A DNA stretch of 64,000 nt from Carcharhinus longimanus (Eukaryota). The translations under genes and the position numbers were made by a program. Under the pieces are notes generated by a model. It was not told the origin of the DNA and did not search any database. It saw only the letters and a list, made by a program, of their open reading frames with translations. Location: NCBI GenBank assembly GCA_030264375.1, contig JASCQW010000081.1, positions 60,928,968 through 60,992,967 on the forward strand. The letters are read 5' to 3'. Positions 49,711 through 62,650 of the stretch are shown piece after piece (the first letter of the stretch is position 1; each line of letters begins with the position of its first letter).

Positions 49711-51387
49711 TTAACATCAAACTTTCACATCATTTTGGGGAGAGGAAGTTCTATGACAGTGCATTTAGTTCCCTTCAAAATGATTATCTGATCGGACATT
49801 TCCTCAGCCATTCTGGCATTCTGGTCTGTTTCTTGCTGCTGTGACCACGTTTTAGTTTTGGGAAGTATCCTTTACATCTCAGAAAGATTCCATTGCAAGC
49901 AGCATGTGGAATGTCAAGCAAAATGTCCTTGGGAATTCTTGGTGCAGGCTGAGAAATTTGCATTTTTTGCCTATGGTGTGGTTTTGCTGGGTTGGACTAC
50001 TCTCGAATGGCCTGCTGGACATGTAGTACACATATATTGGAAACTGTCACTCTGGAATACTTTCAGTAAAGCCCAGTGGGATTGGCCAGATGGACCATAA
50101 TGGTCTTTTCCAATCCTATTCATTCATATGTGGCTGACCTTTGAGGTGCTGCTGATCCAGGAAGAAGACCTAACTGAAGGGCTGCCATAAAGAAAACAAA
50201 ATATTTTCTTGAAAACCTTTGAAGAAACATCTCAGGGTGTTACTTCCTTTTGTTCGAAGGAAAGCACTTTGGACATTAAAGGACTGACAAATCAAGGGTA
50301 TTCGTCAATTCAGTGTCCATTACAGAGGATGTTGAGGCTGGCTGTCGAGGATGGCCATGATTAATGAACAGCCTTGTGTTGTCCAGTTTGAGCTTAGAAT
50401 TAACGTATCCCATTGCTGCTGAACCATTGAGTACAACAAAGTTTGTTTCTCTGTTGTACCAAATCTGAAAGAGAATTATAAAGTGCTAATGTAGTTCTGC
50501 CAGATTGAACCTAAAACCTTCCACTTTTACACAAATGTTGCATTGAGGATGATGTTTTGCGACCTTAAAATGTATGAAGAACTTTTAAAGGTAGAGACTC
50601 TTAATGGGCTGTAGTGGTTTCCATATTATCTTTTTAACTGTGTTTGAATTTTTGTGGCCTTTCTAAGATATGATGCCTCCATTCTGAATGCTGATTTTAC
50701 TTGTATCCTGGAAGAGTTGGACAATTGTACATTAATTGGGAAGTTCAGGCTCATCGTTTGGCATAATAACAGAATAGGTCTTTATTCTCATTCTGAGCCT
50801 TTTATTGAAGGAGGTTTCTGAATTTGACTTTGTACAATATATCACATCTTTTGCTTAATTTGCTAAAATTTATTGCTAGCTTCTCTTCATCTATGTAAAT
50901 GGAGTGAGGAATATGCAAGTTCTGAGAGTCATTCCTCTGTAATAGAGCCCAGTGTCCATAGACTGACTTAAGTGCTTGATTGAGTGCATCTGTGCTGTTA
51001 AATTCTGATCGGCAAGATGCCTCCTGGGAAGATAGAAGACTGTGGCAAAAACCTTAAGAAGGAGCCACTACTTTGATAGCAGACCCAAGTTAAATATTTA
51101 TGGTTTTTGTTAGAAACACCACAGAGATGAGAAGATAATCACAACAAAAAGGATTTTTCCTCAGCAATATTTACCACATAAATACTGGCAAGGGCAAGCA
51201 CAATTAAAATGTGTTAAAAAGTGACAGATCCTTTTCCAAACTTTTAATATCCCAAAGTTAACTTAGAAACTTCAGAAAACCTGCAATGATTTTTATTGAG
51301 CATGCTTATGTGATTTTATTTTTTATTTTGTTGCAATGCTTCAGTGTTATAAAAACTCTTCTTCCTTGCATGGTGGATATCAAACGG

Positions 51388-51478
51388 TGATTTGATTTAT
51401 TATTGTCACGTGTATTAGCATACAGTGAAAAGTATTGTTTTGTGCGCTATACAGACAAAGCATACTGTTCAGAGTAAT
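51388..51478 (-). mobile_element. Rex1/Babar 3' tail
   Basis: Reverse complement of 8620-8710. Confidence 0.8.
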
Positions 51479-52427
51479 GAACATTCCAGTGAAGATTTTA
51501 TTTGTTATATCACCAATTATAGCATCAAGGAAATCTTGTCCCACTACCTTTCCTTATTTGTGCTTTCAGCAACATTTTTCCTGCAGCTCTGCATTTATAA
51601 GCCAAGCTGCACCATACATATGGTTAGAATTTAACAAAAAAGTTTCATTTTAGCTCTATTATTGATTTAAAATTGAGCCTTGCAAGAATAGTTTCAAGAT
51701 TTGTGATGTATAAAGATTTCTTAAAGGTCATTCAGAATTACAATTCCAAGAAGTTCAAGGTTCTATCAGCAATTTTCCAATCAAGAATTTTTATTTGCAG
51801 TAATTTGAAAATTACACATTTCACCAATTTGTAAAACAAGCTCCACATGCAAACTTTAATCCTTTTTCTTTCATGCTCTGATGATTGCCATCACAAGCAA
51901 AATTGTTATTTATTGTCTGTACTTTATAGCACTTGAGAGAACCACCGCAGCCTGCGTGGTGAACGGGTTCTCATGGTGTTGTTAGGTAGTGAGTTCCTGA
52001 ATTTCGATCAAGCAGTGCTGAAGGGATGTCTCTGTCCAAAACAGAATGCTTTGTGACTCAAAGGAGAACTTGGAAGTGATGGTGTTCCAATCCATCTGCT
52101 GCCCATGGCCTTCTAGGTGGGGGAGGAGGCTGTGGCATTGGGAGGTGCTACGGAAAAATTTTGGGTTGTTGCAGTGCATCCTAGATAATGCATGCTGCAA
52201 CCTTAGTACTGGCATAGGATGGATGTTCAGGCCAATTGTTGAGGCGTCAGTGAAATGGACTGCATTGTCATGGAAAAATCGCATACAACCATTTAGGCAG
52301 GTAAAATGTATTTTATCACTCTCCTGGCTTGTGCATCCTTCATGAAGGAAAAGAGTTGGTGAGTTGGGACATTCTCCGCAGAATACCCAGCTTCTGACAA
52401 GCTGTGGTAGCCACTGCAACCAGAGAA

Positions 52428-53228
52428 TCTGGGATTGTTCTCACATCAGAAGGTTAAGGGGAGATTTAATAGAGGTATTCACATTAATGAAGGATTTTGC
52501 TAGGGTGAGGAGGAAGAAACTATTCTCATTGACAGATGTATTGATGATCAGTGGGTACATTTCTGAGAACTGACAAATGAACCAGGAAAGAGGAGAATGT
52601 TTTAAATAGCATGATTTACAATCTGGAAGAATGGTGGAAGCAAACTCAGTTGTAACTTCCAAATGAGAATAGGTTTTAGACTTGACATGAGATATTGCGG
52701 AGAACAAGGAAACCTAGAAATACAGGAAATAGGAACAGGATAAGGCCATCTGGTTCATCAAGCTGGTTCCGTCATTCATTTAGATCATGGCTCATCTTCT
52801 CTCTTTCAATGGCATTCTCCTGCACTATCTCCATATCCTTTAATATCTCTACTTAGGAATCTACTGATCTTTGTCTTGAACATATTTGATGACAGCGCTT
52901 TTGCAGGCCAGACCTCCGGGGGGGGAGCGCTGGGGGGATTCCAAAGATTCACCACTATCTAAGTGAAGTAATTCCTTCTAATCTCAGTCCCAAATGATCT
53001 ACGTTTTATTCTGAGGTGTGTCTTATAGTTGCACCGACTCCTCAAAAGCAGGGGCAACCTCCTGCACCTTCACTGTTAAGCCCAGTAGGAATTTTGTAAG
53101 TTTCAATTCGATCACCAAAACTCTGGAGAATACAGGCCCACAAAGGAAGTAGAACTAATTGGATATTTTTCTCTAAAAAATGTAGTAAGTAGAATGCCTC
53201 CCATCATGTGCTGTAAAATTCAATAATT
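52428..53228 (+). mobile_element. CR1 3' end inserted into the family-B LINE
   Basis: RRLRGDLIEVFTLMK at 52448. Its tail resumes at ~53142. Confidence 0.7.
52712..53140 (-). mobile_element. CR1 3' end nested in the preceding CR1
   Basis: gaaataggaacaggataaggccatc tail, and ttccaaagattcaccact (VVNLWN on the minus strand). Confidence 0.75.
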
Positions 53229-54499
53229 TATGTGCAGTCTCCAAATGAGGTTTTGATCAATGATGATCCCCACAATGTTGCTGATGGAGGAATTGGCTTC
53301 AATAAAGCCATTCAGTGACAAGAGGAAGTGGTTTAGAATCTTTTCTACTGGAGATGGGTGTTGTCTGACACTGTGTGAATGATGCTTGCCAGCTATCAGT
53401 CCATGCTTGGATGCTGTCTAGGTTTTGCTGCATGTTGAGCACGGGTTACTTTGTTATCTNNNNNNNNNNNNNNNNNNNNNNNNNNNNNNNNNNNNNNNNN
53501 NNNNNNNNNNNNNNNNNNNNNNNNNNNNNNNNNNNNNNNNNNNNNNNNNNNNNNNNNNNGTTTTGCTGCATGTTGAGCACGGGTTACTTTTTTATCTGAG
53601 GAATTGTGACTGAAACTGAAGGCGGTGCAATCATCAGCAAACAGTCCCACTTTTGACCTTACGATGGAGAGAAAGCAGCAAAAGATAATTCGGCCAAAGG
53701 CAGTGCCCATGCGGAAACATCCTGAGGCTGAGATGATTGGTCTTCAACAGCTCCAGTCACCTTCTGGTTTGCTACATGTGTTTTCAGCCAATGGAACGTT
53801 ATCCCCTGGTCCTAATGGCAATATGCGGTCTATTTGGGTTCTATTCTTCGTCATATATTTTGTCAAAAGCAATTACTCTTTGCCTCAGGTCCGAATTAGT
53901 GTTTGTCCCTATTTGTACGATGGCTGTATTTTTTATTTCACATCTTCCAGTACTTTCATTCCAACCAAAAAACTCAATTCAAATCGAATCCAATTCATGG
54001 CCCCTGTGTGACTGACAGGCAAAATCCAAGCTGACAAGATGAGGCTTTGCACCCCATCCTGGGCTTGATCTGACACTTCCTTTAAGCCAAAAGATGGATT
54101 TGAAAAATTGCATCAAGTTTAGCCTTGGTTTAACCTCATTGGCTACTTGCATCCCATATCCTAGCATGGACATGATCATGGCGTGATGGCTGTTTTGAGG
54201 TCTCGAGTCCATTAATCCGGCAAAACCCAAACTGAACATCAGTGAACATCAGTTATTCATGAGTTGCACACTTGATCGTGAATTCCTCTATCTTTTTAAA
54301 GATTGGAAATAGGCTGACAGTATGTTAATTGGGCTACTTCAATCTGTCTTGCTTTTTGAGATGACGTTATGCTGAAATTTGATATGTAGAATGAGTTTCT
54401 TTTCATTCTGATGTAGGAACGTTTGTAAACTGTTCATGCATTTCATATTTGCTGCTGAGATACTTTTTATATCGATAATAAAATACTTGTTAATTTAAA

Positions 54500-56560
54500 T
54501 TGGAAACTGCAGACTATCATGGTCTCCAATCTATTCCGCCTGTCTGACAGAATTATGATATCCTGGGTATGACGTATTGGAGGCTCACCGCTGCAGGCAA
54601 TCTCTTGGGAAGGATGAAAAAAAAGTTTAAAATACTTGGGAGTGAAATCCTGAGAGATACGGCTCTGACTTAATTGGCTGATAAAATCCTTATCCTTGAG
54701 TTCCTCCAAGTATCTTCCTTTTGTAAGAGGTGATGTCCACCCTAACCAGAAATGGACTCAGCACTCAGTTAACTGAATTCAGTGAGTTAGAATTTATCGT
54801 ATGAGTCAGCAATGCATGACAGAAATCCACAATTCTGTGCAAAAAAATCACCTCCTAACATCTGACCTCAATCTTGCCTTACTCAGTCTAAAGTTGGGAG
54901 CACTCATGTTCTCTAACCTGTTTCATTGGAACAAACTGTCAACTGGGACGCATATATTTCTTTTATTATCTTATAAATCACAACTCTATGCTTTTCTAAA
55001 AGTGTGGAGCCCCACTTTATTAGCCTGTTTTGAGGAATCCACTGCTTTAGCCTGGGAACTGGACCAGTGACCTATCTCTGCATCCTTTTCCAAGCCTTAC
55101 TGTCACCCACCATGGAAGGAGACCAAGCCTAGACAGAGTATTCCAAGCAAGGCCTGACCAAAATTTTGTACAAGAACACAATGGAAATGCCATCTCTTAT
55201 TGGCAATTGATCGCTGGATCCACTCCAACAGCCTGTCGACTTCATGCCCATATCTATCTCTTTCTCCACTCTCTTTCATATAATAGCATTCAGAGACAAG
55301 TACTTAATGTTGAGCATTCATTCTGCCCAAATGCATAACACTACACTGATCCAAGTTAAACACAATTTGTTATATAATACCAAAGTTGACTAAAGCAGAC
55401 GACTCACAAAGATAAGGGACCATGTTTAGCCGATCTATGTCCAGAGCAGTGATCCCAAAACTGACCCCTGCCATTGATGACTGATCTCCCAAAACATTCA
55501 GATCCAAATTTGTAACTATGGATGGAATTTTGCAGCCTTGCACGCTGCCGAAGGGCATTCCATGGCAGCATGGCCAATGAGCAAGACAAATAGTCACTGA
55601 CCTCAGTGGGACTGAAAGATCCTGCCAGCAGCCATTGGTGAGCTGCTTCCACCATCGGAAAGACTGCTGCAGTGGGGGCTGGAAAACTCCAGCCTATGTT
55701 TTGCCTAGGTCCTGCCAGCCGGTCTTCAATGTAGCCCAGTTTATTACCACTGATACCAAAGGCTTCAGTTGTGCAGTGAAGCCTTTTCATGGTGTAAGTG
55801 ATCAAAAGAAATCTGCAAATCTAAACAGAGAATATCTACAGGGTTTACCTCATCCGCCAACTTGGTAATCTCACAAAGTACAAATAGATCTATAAGCCAC
55901 GATCATTTTTCAAAGCCATATGGGTTGTCTCTAATATGTCTCTGCCAATCCCAGAAAGTTTATTGAATCCCGCATAATTTCTGGTACTGATGTTAAATGA
56001 ATGGGCCAAAAGTTTTCTGTCTTGACACCTTCTTTACAAGATCGTTACTACATTTGCCTACTTCCAGTCTGAGAGTATTGAACAGTGCAATACACTATTA
56101 AAAATATGAGATGGGGGTCTGCACAGCACATGTTCCATCGCCCCAAGGACCCTTGAATGGCAGTCGCCTGGCTTGGTTGCTCCATCTATTTTCAAGTGTT
56201 TCATTCCTTCCAAAACCATAAAGATAATTTCATTTAATATTAGAAGCTTTTTAAAGCCATTCAATTTTAATAGTCGAGCAATATCTTGGAGTGAAGACTG
56301 AAGGACAAACCATATTTGTTGACCCAGTGAATCCTTACCAATCTGTCCTTGAACAATCTTCGGTGGCCAATGCAATCCTTGACAGGGACCTGATTATTTT
56401 CATAATTGATGATTGAAAAAACTTTTCCCATTTCTCCCACAACGTTTAGGACCCCCTTTTCCTTTTGCCACTTTGGTTAACCTAATCGTAGCTTCTGTTA
56501 CGTTTACTTGTTGCTTGTACTCAGCTCTTGCATAGTTGCATTTTAGACTCAACTGATTTG
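54500..56560 (-). mobile_element. Old CR1 LINE ORF2 and 3' UTR
   Basis: Minus-strand remnants LYKILVRPCLEYS, GSVLG, DFF…PHEKA, KPGDCHSRVL. Confidence 0.75.
55520..55694. mobile_element. MITE (PIF/Harbinger-like) inserted in CR1
   Basis: 18-bp TIRs ggatggaattttgcagcc / ggctggaaaactccagcc (15/18). 3-bp TSD tat. Confidence 0.75.
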
Positions 56561-56707
56561 CCAGAAATAACATTGGATGAATTGTTGTGCTTGGATATTT
56601 TCTTTGCATGTATTTATAAAGAAGAATTTACAGTGAGTGGAGTATTGAGCACTTTACTTTTCATTGTTCATTATTTTAATCCTGTTATCAACATTCCTCG
56701 AGACCGA

Positions 56708-56886
56708 GGTCTGAATTGTACCAGCCTGAGGGAGAGCACTTGGAAAGCACAGGGATTGGTGAAATCATGGGTTGGATCAGTTTCACAGCATAGAATTGTC
56801 AAGAGGATCCTGCTGCTGGCAAGTGCAGCCTTAGCACCCACTTTTCACCTTGACATTGGGGTTCCAACTCACGTAAGATTCAGCCC
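56708..56886. mobile_element. Probable MITE
   Basis: Ends ggtctgaattgtac / gtaagattcagccc. Confidence 0.45.
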
Positions 56887-56959
56887 CTCCTTTTTTTGCG
56901 GTGGCAGTCGCCTGAGATTATGGTTTCCATTTCTTTGCAGTCAGCTGCATGTAGAACTA

Positions 56960-56963
<4 letters not shown>

Positions 56964-56987
<24 letters not shown>
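56964..56987. repeat. (TA)n microsatellite
   Basis: Direct observation. Confidence 0.95.
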
Positions 56988-56994
<7 letters not shown>

Positions 56995-57251
56995 CCCCTG
57001 TAACAACCACTGCATGGATATATAATTGCACAGACAATTGTGTCCACTTAAATGCACGTGTGGGTTCTCAGAGGCTGATTGAGAAAATTTTGTAAAACTA
57101 GCAAACATAGTGGGAAAGGAATTTCTGAAAAAATTGGAAGGCTAAAGGAATCATTTGTTGCATGAGAAACATCTGTTCATCAAAAGTAGTTAAAATTACA
57201 GTGAGTCTTGAGATTTAAATTCTGTCCCACTGTAACCAGTTTTGAAGTTTC

Positions 57252-57642
57252 TTTACTTCATTCATGGGACATGCTCATCTCTGGCTGGCCAACATTTATT
57301 GCCCACCCCTAGTTTCCCTTGAACTGAGTGGCTTACTAGGCCATTTCAGAGGGCAATTCAGATACAACCACATTGTGGTGGCTCTGGAGTCACATGTCAG
57401 CCAGACCAGATACGAATGGTAGATTTCCTTCCTTAAAGGACATTAGTGAACCAGATGGGTTTTTCTGAAAATTGAATAGTATAATGGTCATCAGTAGATT
57501 TTTAATTCCAGATACTTTTTATTGAATTCAAATTCCTGCCATCATCTGCCATGGTGGGATTCGAACCTGGGTTCCCAGAACATTAGCTGAGTTTCTGGAT
57601 TAATAGCCTAGTGATCATATCTCTTGGCCGTCACCTCTCCTA
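57252..57642 (-). mobile_element. SINE family C, full length
   Basis: Homologous to 62298-62650. B box gggttcgaatccc-like on the minus strand at 57557-57570. Confidence 0.85.
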
Positions 57643-57824
57643 GTCAGAGTCTAAGGCATCAATTGACCAGCAATGGAGTTAGTTAAAAATTTGTGACCTC
57701 TAAGTTAGGCTGATTCACTCCTATTCTTCCATATCAACTGGGTAACAATCCATGAAGCTCTCAATGTAGGCACTAGGGACAGAAATTTTCCTTAACATTA
57801 ACCTCCCTGTTTTGATCATTCATT

Positions 57825-58022
57825 GATCTTCCAAAAGCTAAATGTAATTTCTTCTTGAGATCAGACCATGCTTTGGTCTCAACTACATTCTGTGGTAGTA
57901 AATTCCACACATTCACCATTCTCTGGGTGAATAAGTTTCTCCTCACCTCAGTTCTAAAAGATTTTGCTCTTATCCTTAAAGTATGACCCCTAATTCTGGA
58001 CTCCTCTACCATTGGGAACATG
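57825..58022 (-). mobile_element. CR1 ORF2 C-terminus
   Basis: FPMVEESRIRGHTLRIR…RRNLFTQRMVNVWNLLP. Confidence 0.88.
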
Positions 58023-60234
58023 GTAAAACTATGATCAATGAAGAGAAATTCATCGTGGGCAGTGCCCACTATACAATTATTATTGTTCTTCTCAGACACA
58101 AACCAGGTTCCAGCTTTTGAGTTGAGATGTATTGGAAATGTAGCAGTGCTTTGGCTGAGATTCCGATCAGGCGTAGTGTTTGGGTGGCTCATTCTCTGCC
58201 CATTTGGTGTAAAGTACACAAACAGCAGAGTTGTGGATGATATCCCTTTTTGAGATTTGTGTTGTGTCGGTGGAGAGGACTTTGCAATGGTGACCACTGA
58301 GGCTTGCTGACAAACGGGTGGAAAAAAGATGAAGTCCATTAAACACTCGGACATTTTGCCTGACTTTTCTGCGGTGCCTGGTGAGGGGAACTGCACTTGC
58401 TGAAAAAAATACAAGGAAGGATTCATTCTAAAATCTAAATAATTGAGGAGACACAAGTAACAGAAATTGTCAGAAAGGTCTTACTCATCGTCTCACAGCA
58501 TTTTCAATTCAAAGGACTAATTTTTCTTTCGAGTCAGTGTGGTTTGAAGTACAGTTACTGAATTGAGATTCTAGAAAGAGTACCATCAGCATGGGAAAAC
58601 TCTGGGTTTTATCTTTTTCATGGTTCCAAAAAGTGCCAAGACAAGTTACTATTTATAGTGAAATTAATTTGTTCAACTGCTGTAAAATAAGCAGTTCAAG
58701 ATGATAACACTTTCACTTATCATTCAAACACTGCACCCAGGAGATTGGCTTCAGCTGTGCATCGCAAGGATGCAACTTTTCATGCAGGAAAATTCCACTG
58801 AAATATTTTACCTCTTGGAATGCATCATCAGTGCAAAGCATTCCTTCAGACTGTAGCAATCGATCAACCAAGAAGCAATGTAAGCTTGTCTTTTCAGAGC
58901 ACAGTCTTGTTTGTAGCTCCACTCTGTGTGTTCGCTGATTTCTTGCCCTGTTAACGTAATGGTTTTCTTTCGAGAATGAAACATTTGGATTGTTGGAGTT
59001 TTGGGGGGCAGGGTGTGGAATTTGTGCATCATACAGTTCCCATCAGGCTAATAGTGGCTGTCTCCAAATTGCTTCCATTTTCAGAAAGTGTGTCATCACC
59101 ATCTCACTGAGGAAATGGCCAAGACAACATCACCATCCATGTTGTCACAATTTAACGCATTAGTGCCACTGATCTGTCAGGAAAAATTGCACTTAAGCCA
59201 ATATCCTTGAGGGTTGTGTAGTGCAGGTCTTGTGTACTGCTCTGAATTCGATAGCACTGGTTTCTCCCACAACGGATAGTGATGACATTGATAGTCATGT
59301 GGTACAAAAGCAGAGTCGTGATGTCACCTGCAGGGCATTAATGGTGTCGAAATGGCAATTATCTCTGCCCCGTGTTTAAACACTCTCAGAACCTGGTGGT
59401 CAGATGCTTTCCACTGACACAGGATTCAACATCACAAATTAATCCTCTGTTTTGCAGCTCGTCAGCTTTTTATTAATGTGAAGAGAAAATCTGCATAGAA
59501 AACAACAGGGCAACAGTGTTTAATGACTTGATCTTTTGAAGAGTGCAGTTTCTGTATGCTCTCTTGACTTCCTCCATTTTTCCCTTCTGGTCAGGCATGT
59601 CGCCAGTTTCAAATGGAGGAGACTCATCGTTTTTGCTCCCCTCTGTGAGTCGCAGAGGACCTGGCTTTTTGTTTCTTGCCTTAGAGTTAGATGAACCCGT
59701 TGGAAGATATTCAGAGGGAATTTACAGAGTTGCAATTCGTTGCAGCACAGTTGGTGAAGATGCATTTTGTTAGATTGGTTATGACAACACTCAGCGAATC
59801 CAAACACTCCTCAGCTGTCAATTTTAAATCTGAATAAAAAGTTTGATTACTTGTGCTCAGAGCATAACTGCAGGCCTTTCTCAAGAATTACCTCCCAGCA
59901 CTTTGCAGATTCATACTGAGGCACGTTTCAAATGTTTTCCTTATTTATCTCCTTTTCAAACAATAAACCATTCTGTGAAGTGTTGATTTTAGACATCATG
60001 GATAAGTAGATTTTTAAAATTGGTGTTTCTTGTGCATTTATTTGTTCTTGCAGCTTTCGCCTCTAATGCTTAATGTTTGTAATGGGGAATTTTTGCTACA
60101 CGTTCATTCAACCTATCTAGGTGAATAGAAACTTGTATCATACAACGCGTGTGAAATTGGTAGAAAAATAAGAATGAAATACTATCCATTTTTATTCTTC
60201 ACTGGGTAAGATGGGTGCTGCAGTAACACTCAAA

Positions 60235-60665
60235 GCTCCCACTATCCAGGGTAAGGCAGTCTGCTTGATTGGCATCTCATCCACTGCCATCACTACCAAC
60301 GTACAATGGCTGCAGGATGTAATGCAGCAATATGTTCCCAAGCATCTTTAGCAGCATCTTCCAATCTGATGGCCTCTTATCACCTGGAAGGACACAGGCA
60401 GCATTTGCATGAGAACATGGTCACCTTCCAAGTTTGCCTCCATGTCATGTAGCATCCTGACTTGGAAATATATTACACTTGTATTTCCCTTGTTGTCGCT
60501 GGATCAAACCCAGGAAGCATCACTCAAGAGCATTGTGAGAGCACCTTCAGCAGACATATGGCAGCAGTTAAGGTTGGCAGCTCACCACCAAGTTTTTAGG
60601 GCAAGTTGTAATTGGTAATAAATGGCAGACTTGCCACTGGCATCCACATCTTGCAAATTATTTTT
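60235..60665 (+). mobile_element. Family-B LINE 3' end
   Basis: Co-linear with 120-565. Confidence 0.75.
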
Positions 60666-62042
60666 ATAAAAAGAACCTCTACAATGCCCAGGCAAGGCAC
60701 CTTCTCTTCAATCCTCATTCTAGGCTGTGCTTTTGTTTTTCCACTGGAAATATTTGAACAGTTAACAAAATGTTCCCTCCAGTGTGATAAATATGATTCA
60801 TTTTACATGAATCCTGACTGGCAAATGTTGAAAATGTGTTGCAGTAACTGGTAAACTGGAACATCATAATTAGCCTCGTGCATGGGGAACAGTTAATGTT
60901 TATAGCATAGGCCTTACACCATGTACAAAAATGATGTCCCTTTACATCACTTGAAATAAATCCCATGAAGATTTACTCAAGTGCCTGAAATCCATCTTGA
61001 ATGTCAGCAGAAGGAAGTTTTCAGAGATAAAAGTAGGCAGGCTGCAATCTTTGACATTCAAATTTTGTTTTTGATTATCAGTTGTGGCTGTTATAAAATG
61101 ACGTTTCTCAGTGCACCTCAGAGCATAGCAGAAAGACCATATTAGAACCAGAAGATGTTATAAATTTGTTTAGGTTGTTTTTCTCGAATCTTCTATTAAT
61201 CTTCAGTTTTGCTTCAACTCACGTGACATGCCAAACTGCTGTATGATGTTGTATGGTTTTTTTTTTCCCTTGAATGTCAAAAGATGATCTGTTAATAAAA
61301 TGAATTATATGGGATCCATTTGGGAGGTCAACGAACTGCCCAGACACCACTAGGATTCATGACCCATTATCACATAATGCAACTACACTTGCCTGGTGAA
61401 ATACTTCCTGATAACGGCTACAGAACATGAAATGTGATGAGCCAAGTTTCTTTTTCAAGAAAGCGTCTGCATTTGGAAATATTTTAGAAGCACCTCTGAC
61501 TGAGCCCTTCACTCACTCCATAGTGATTGTGCTTTCAGTTTAGATTTTTAACTTGATCTGCTGTCCCAGTTTCTTGCATGAATATTAGATGTTAGCAGAT
61601 CAGAGACACAAGCCAAACAGAACAATAGGTATTGGGTGTATTTTGAGGAAATTCCAAGGATATTAATTGTCACAGCTTTAATGAGTGGATTGGTAGCAAT
61701 AAATCACAGAATCTTTACAGTGTGGAAGGAGGCCATTTGGCCCATTACGTTTGCACTGTCTCACTGAAAGAGCATTCTTCATCATAGCCCCACTCCCCTT
61801 GCCTTGTCGGTGAGACCTTGCACATTCTTTCTTTTCGGATAACAATTTGAATACCTTATTTGAACTTGCCATCTCCACTCTCTTAGAAAGTTTGTTCCAG
61901 ATTCCAAACACCTTCTGGATGAGAATTCTTTTCCTCACATCACTTCTACTTCTTCTGCCAACTATTTTGAATCTGTGCCCCCTTGTTCTTGATGCTCTCT
62001 TTAGTGGGAATAGTTTTTCATATTTACTTTGTCAATGCTTCT

Positions 62043-62170
62043 AAGATGTGGAAATGCCGGCGTTGGACTGGGATGGGCACAGTTAGGAGTCTCAGAACAC
62101 CAGGTTAAAGTCCATCGGGTTTATTTGGAATCACGAGCTTTCAGAACACTGCTCCTTGATCAGATGAATC
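62043..62170 (-). mobile_element. Penelope-like terminal repeat (third family)
   Basis: Interrupts CR1 and begins, on the minus strand, with a hammerhead motif. Confidence 0.6.
62128..62170 (-). ncRNA. Minimal type-I hammerhead ribozyme motif (G8C)
   Basis: Minus strand reads gattcat CTGATCA a ggagc-agt-gttct GAAA GC TC gtgattc. Confidence 0.6.
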
Positions 62171-62297
62171 ATCTGTATGTGAGACTTCTTGCCATACTCC
62201 TCAGGATCTTAAATACCTCTGTCAAGCCTCTACCGGTTGCAGAGACTTTGAATATTTTTGGGATTGAGATGCACACCTCCTTTGAGCAACTTTTGTT

Positions 62298-62650
62298 TGT
62301 TATTCATTTATGGGACATGGGCATCACTGGCTGGCCAGCATTTATTGCCCATCCCTAGTTGCCCTTGTTCATAGGGCAGTTGAGTTAGCCACATTGCTGT
62401 GGCTCTGGAGTCAAATGTAGGCCAGACTAGGTAAGAATGGCAGATTTCCTCCCCTAAAGGACATGAGTAAATGACGGACGTTTTTCTGACAACGGTTTCA
62501 TAGTGATCAGTAGATCTTAATACCAGATATTTTTTACTGAATTCAGTTTCCACCAGCTGCTGTGGTGGGATTCGAAGCCGGATCCCCAGAACATTAACTG
62601 AGTTTCAGGATTAATAGTCTTGCGATAATACCACTAGGCATCACTTCCCT
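62298..62650 (-). mobile_element. SINE family C, full length
   Basis: Homologous to 57252-57642 and 24945-25268. Confidence 0.85.

Larger units (their letters stand above)
51935..54370 (-). mobile_element. Family-B CR1-group LINE, split by insertions
   Basis: SIVRSKVGLFADDCT (ORF 53396..53710) and MFSLGF…QNSHHA remnants. The 3' part (51935-52420) is homologous to 1-500. Confidence 0.75.
61703..62232 (-). mobile_element. CR1 3' end, interrupted by a Penelope-end repeat
   Basis: RKRILIQKVFGIWNKL. Tail ggaggccatttggcccat. Confidence 0.8.

Noticed and set aside
53422-53597. 38-bp direct repeat across a 100-N gap
   Set aside because: Same artefact. Not a TSD or CRISPR-like repeat.
57773-58456. 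Longest ORF (227 aa, minus strand)
   Set aside because: The C-terminal third is a CR1 ORF2 remnant and the rest has no recognisable domain. It is a chance read-through.
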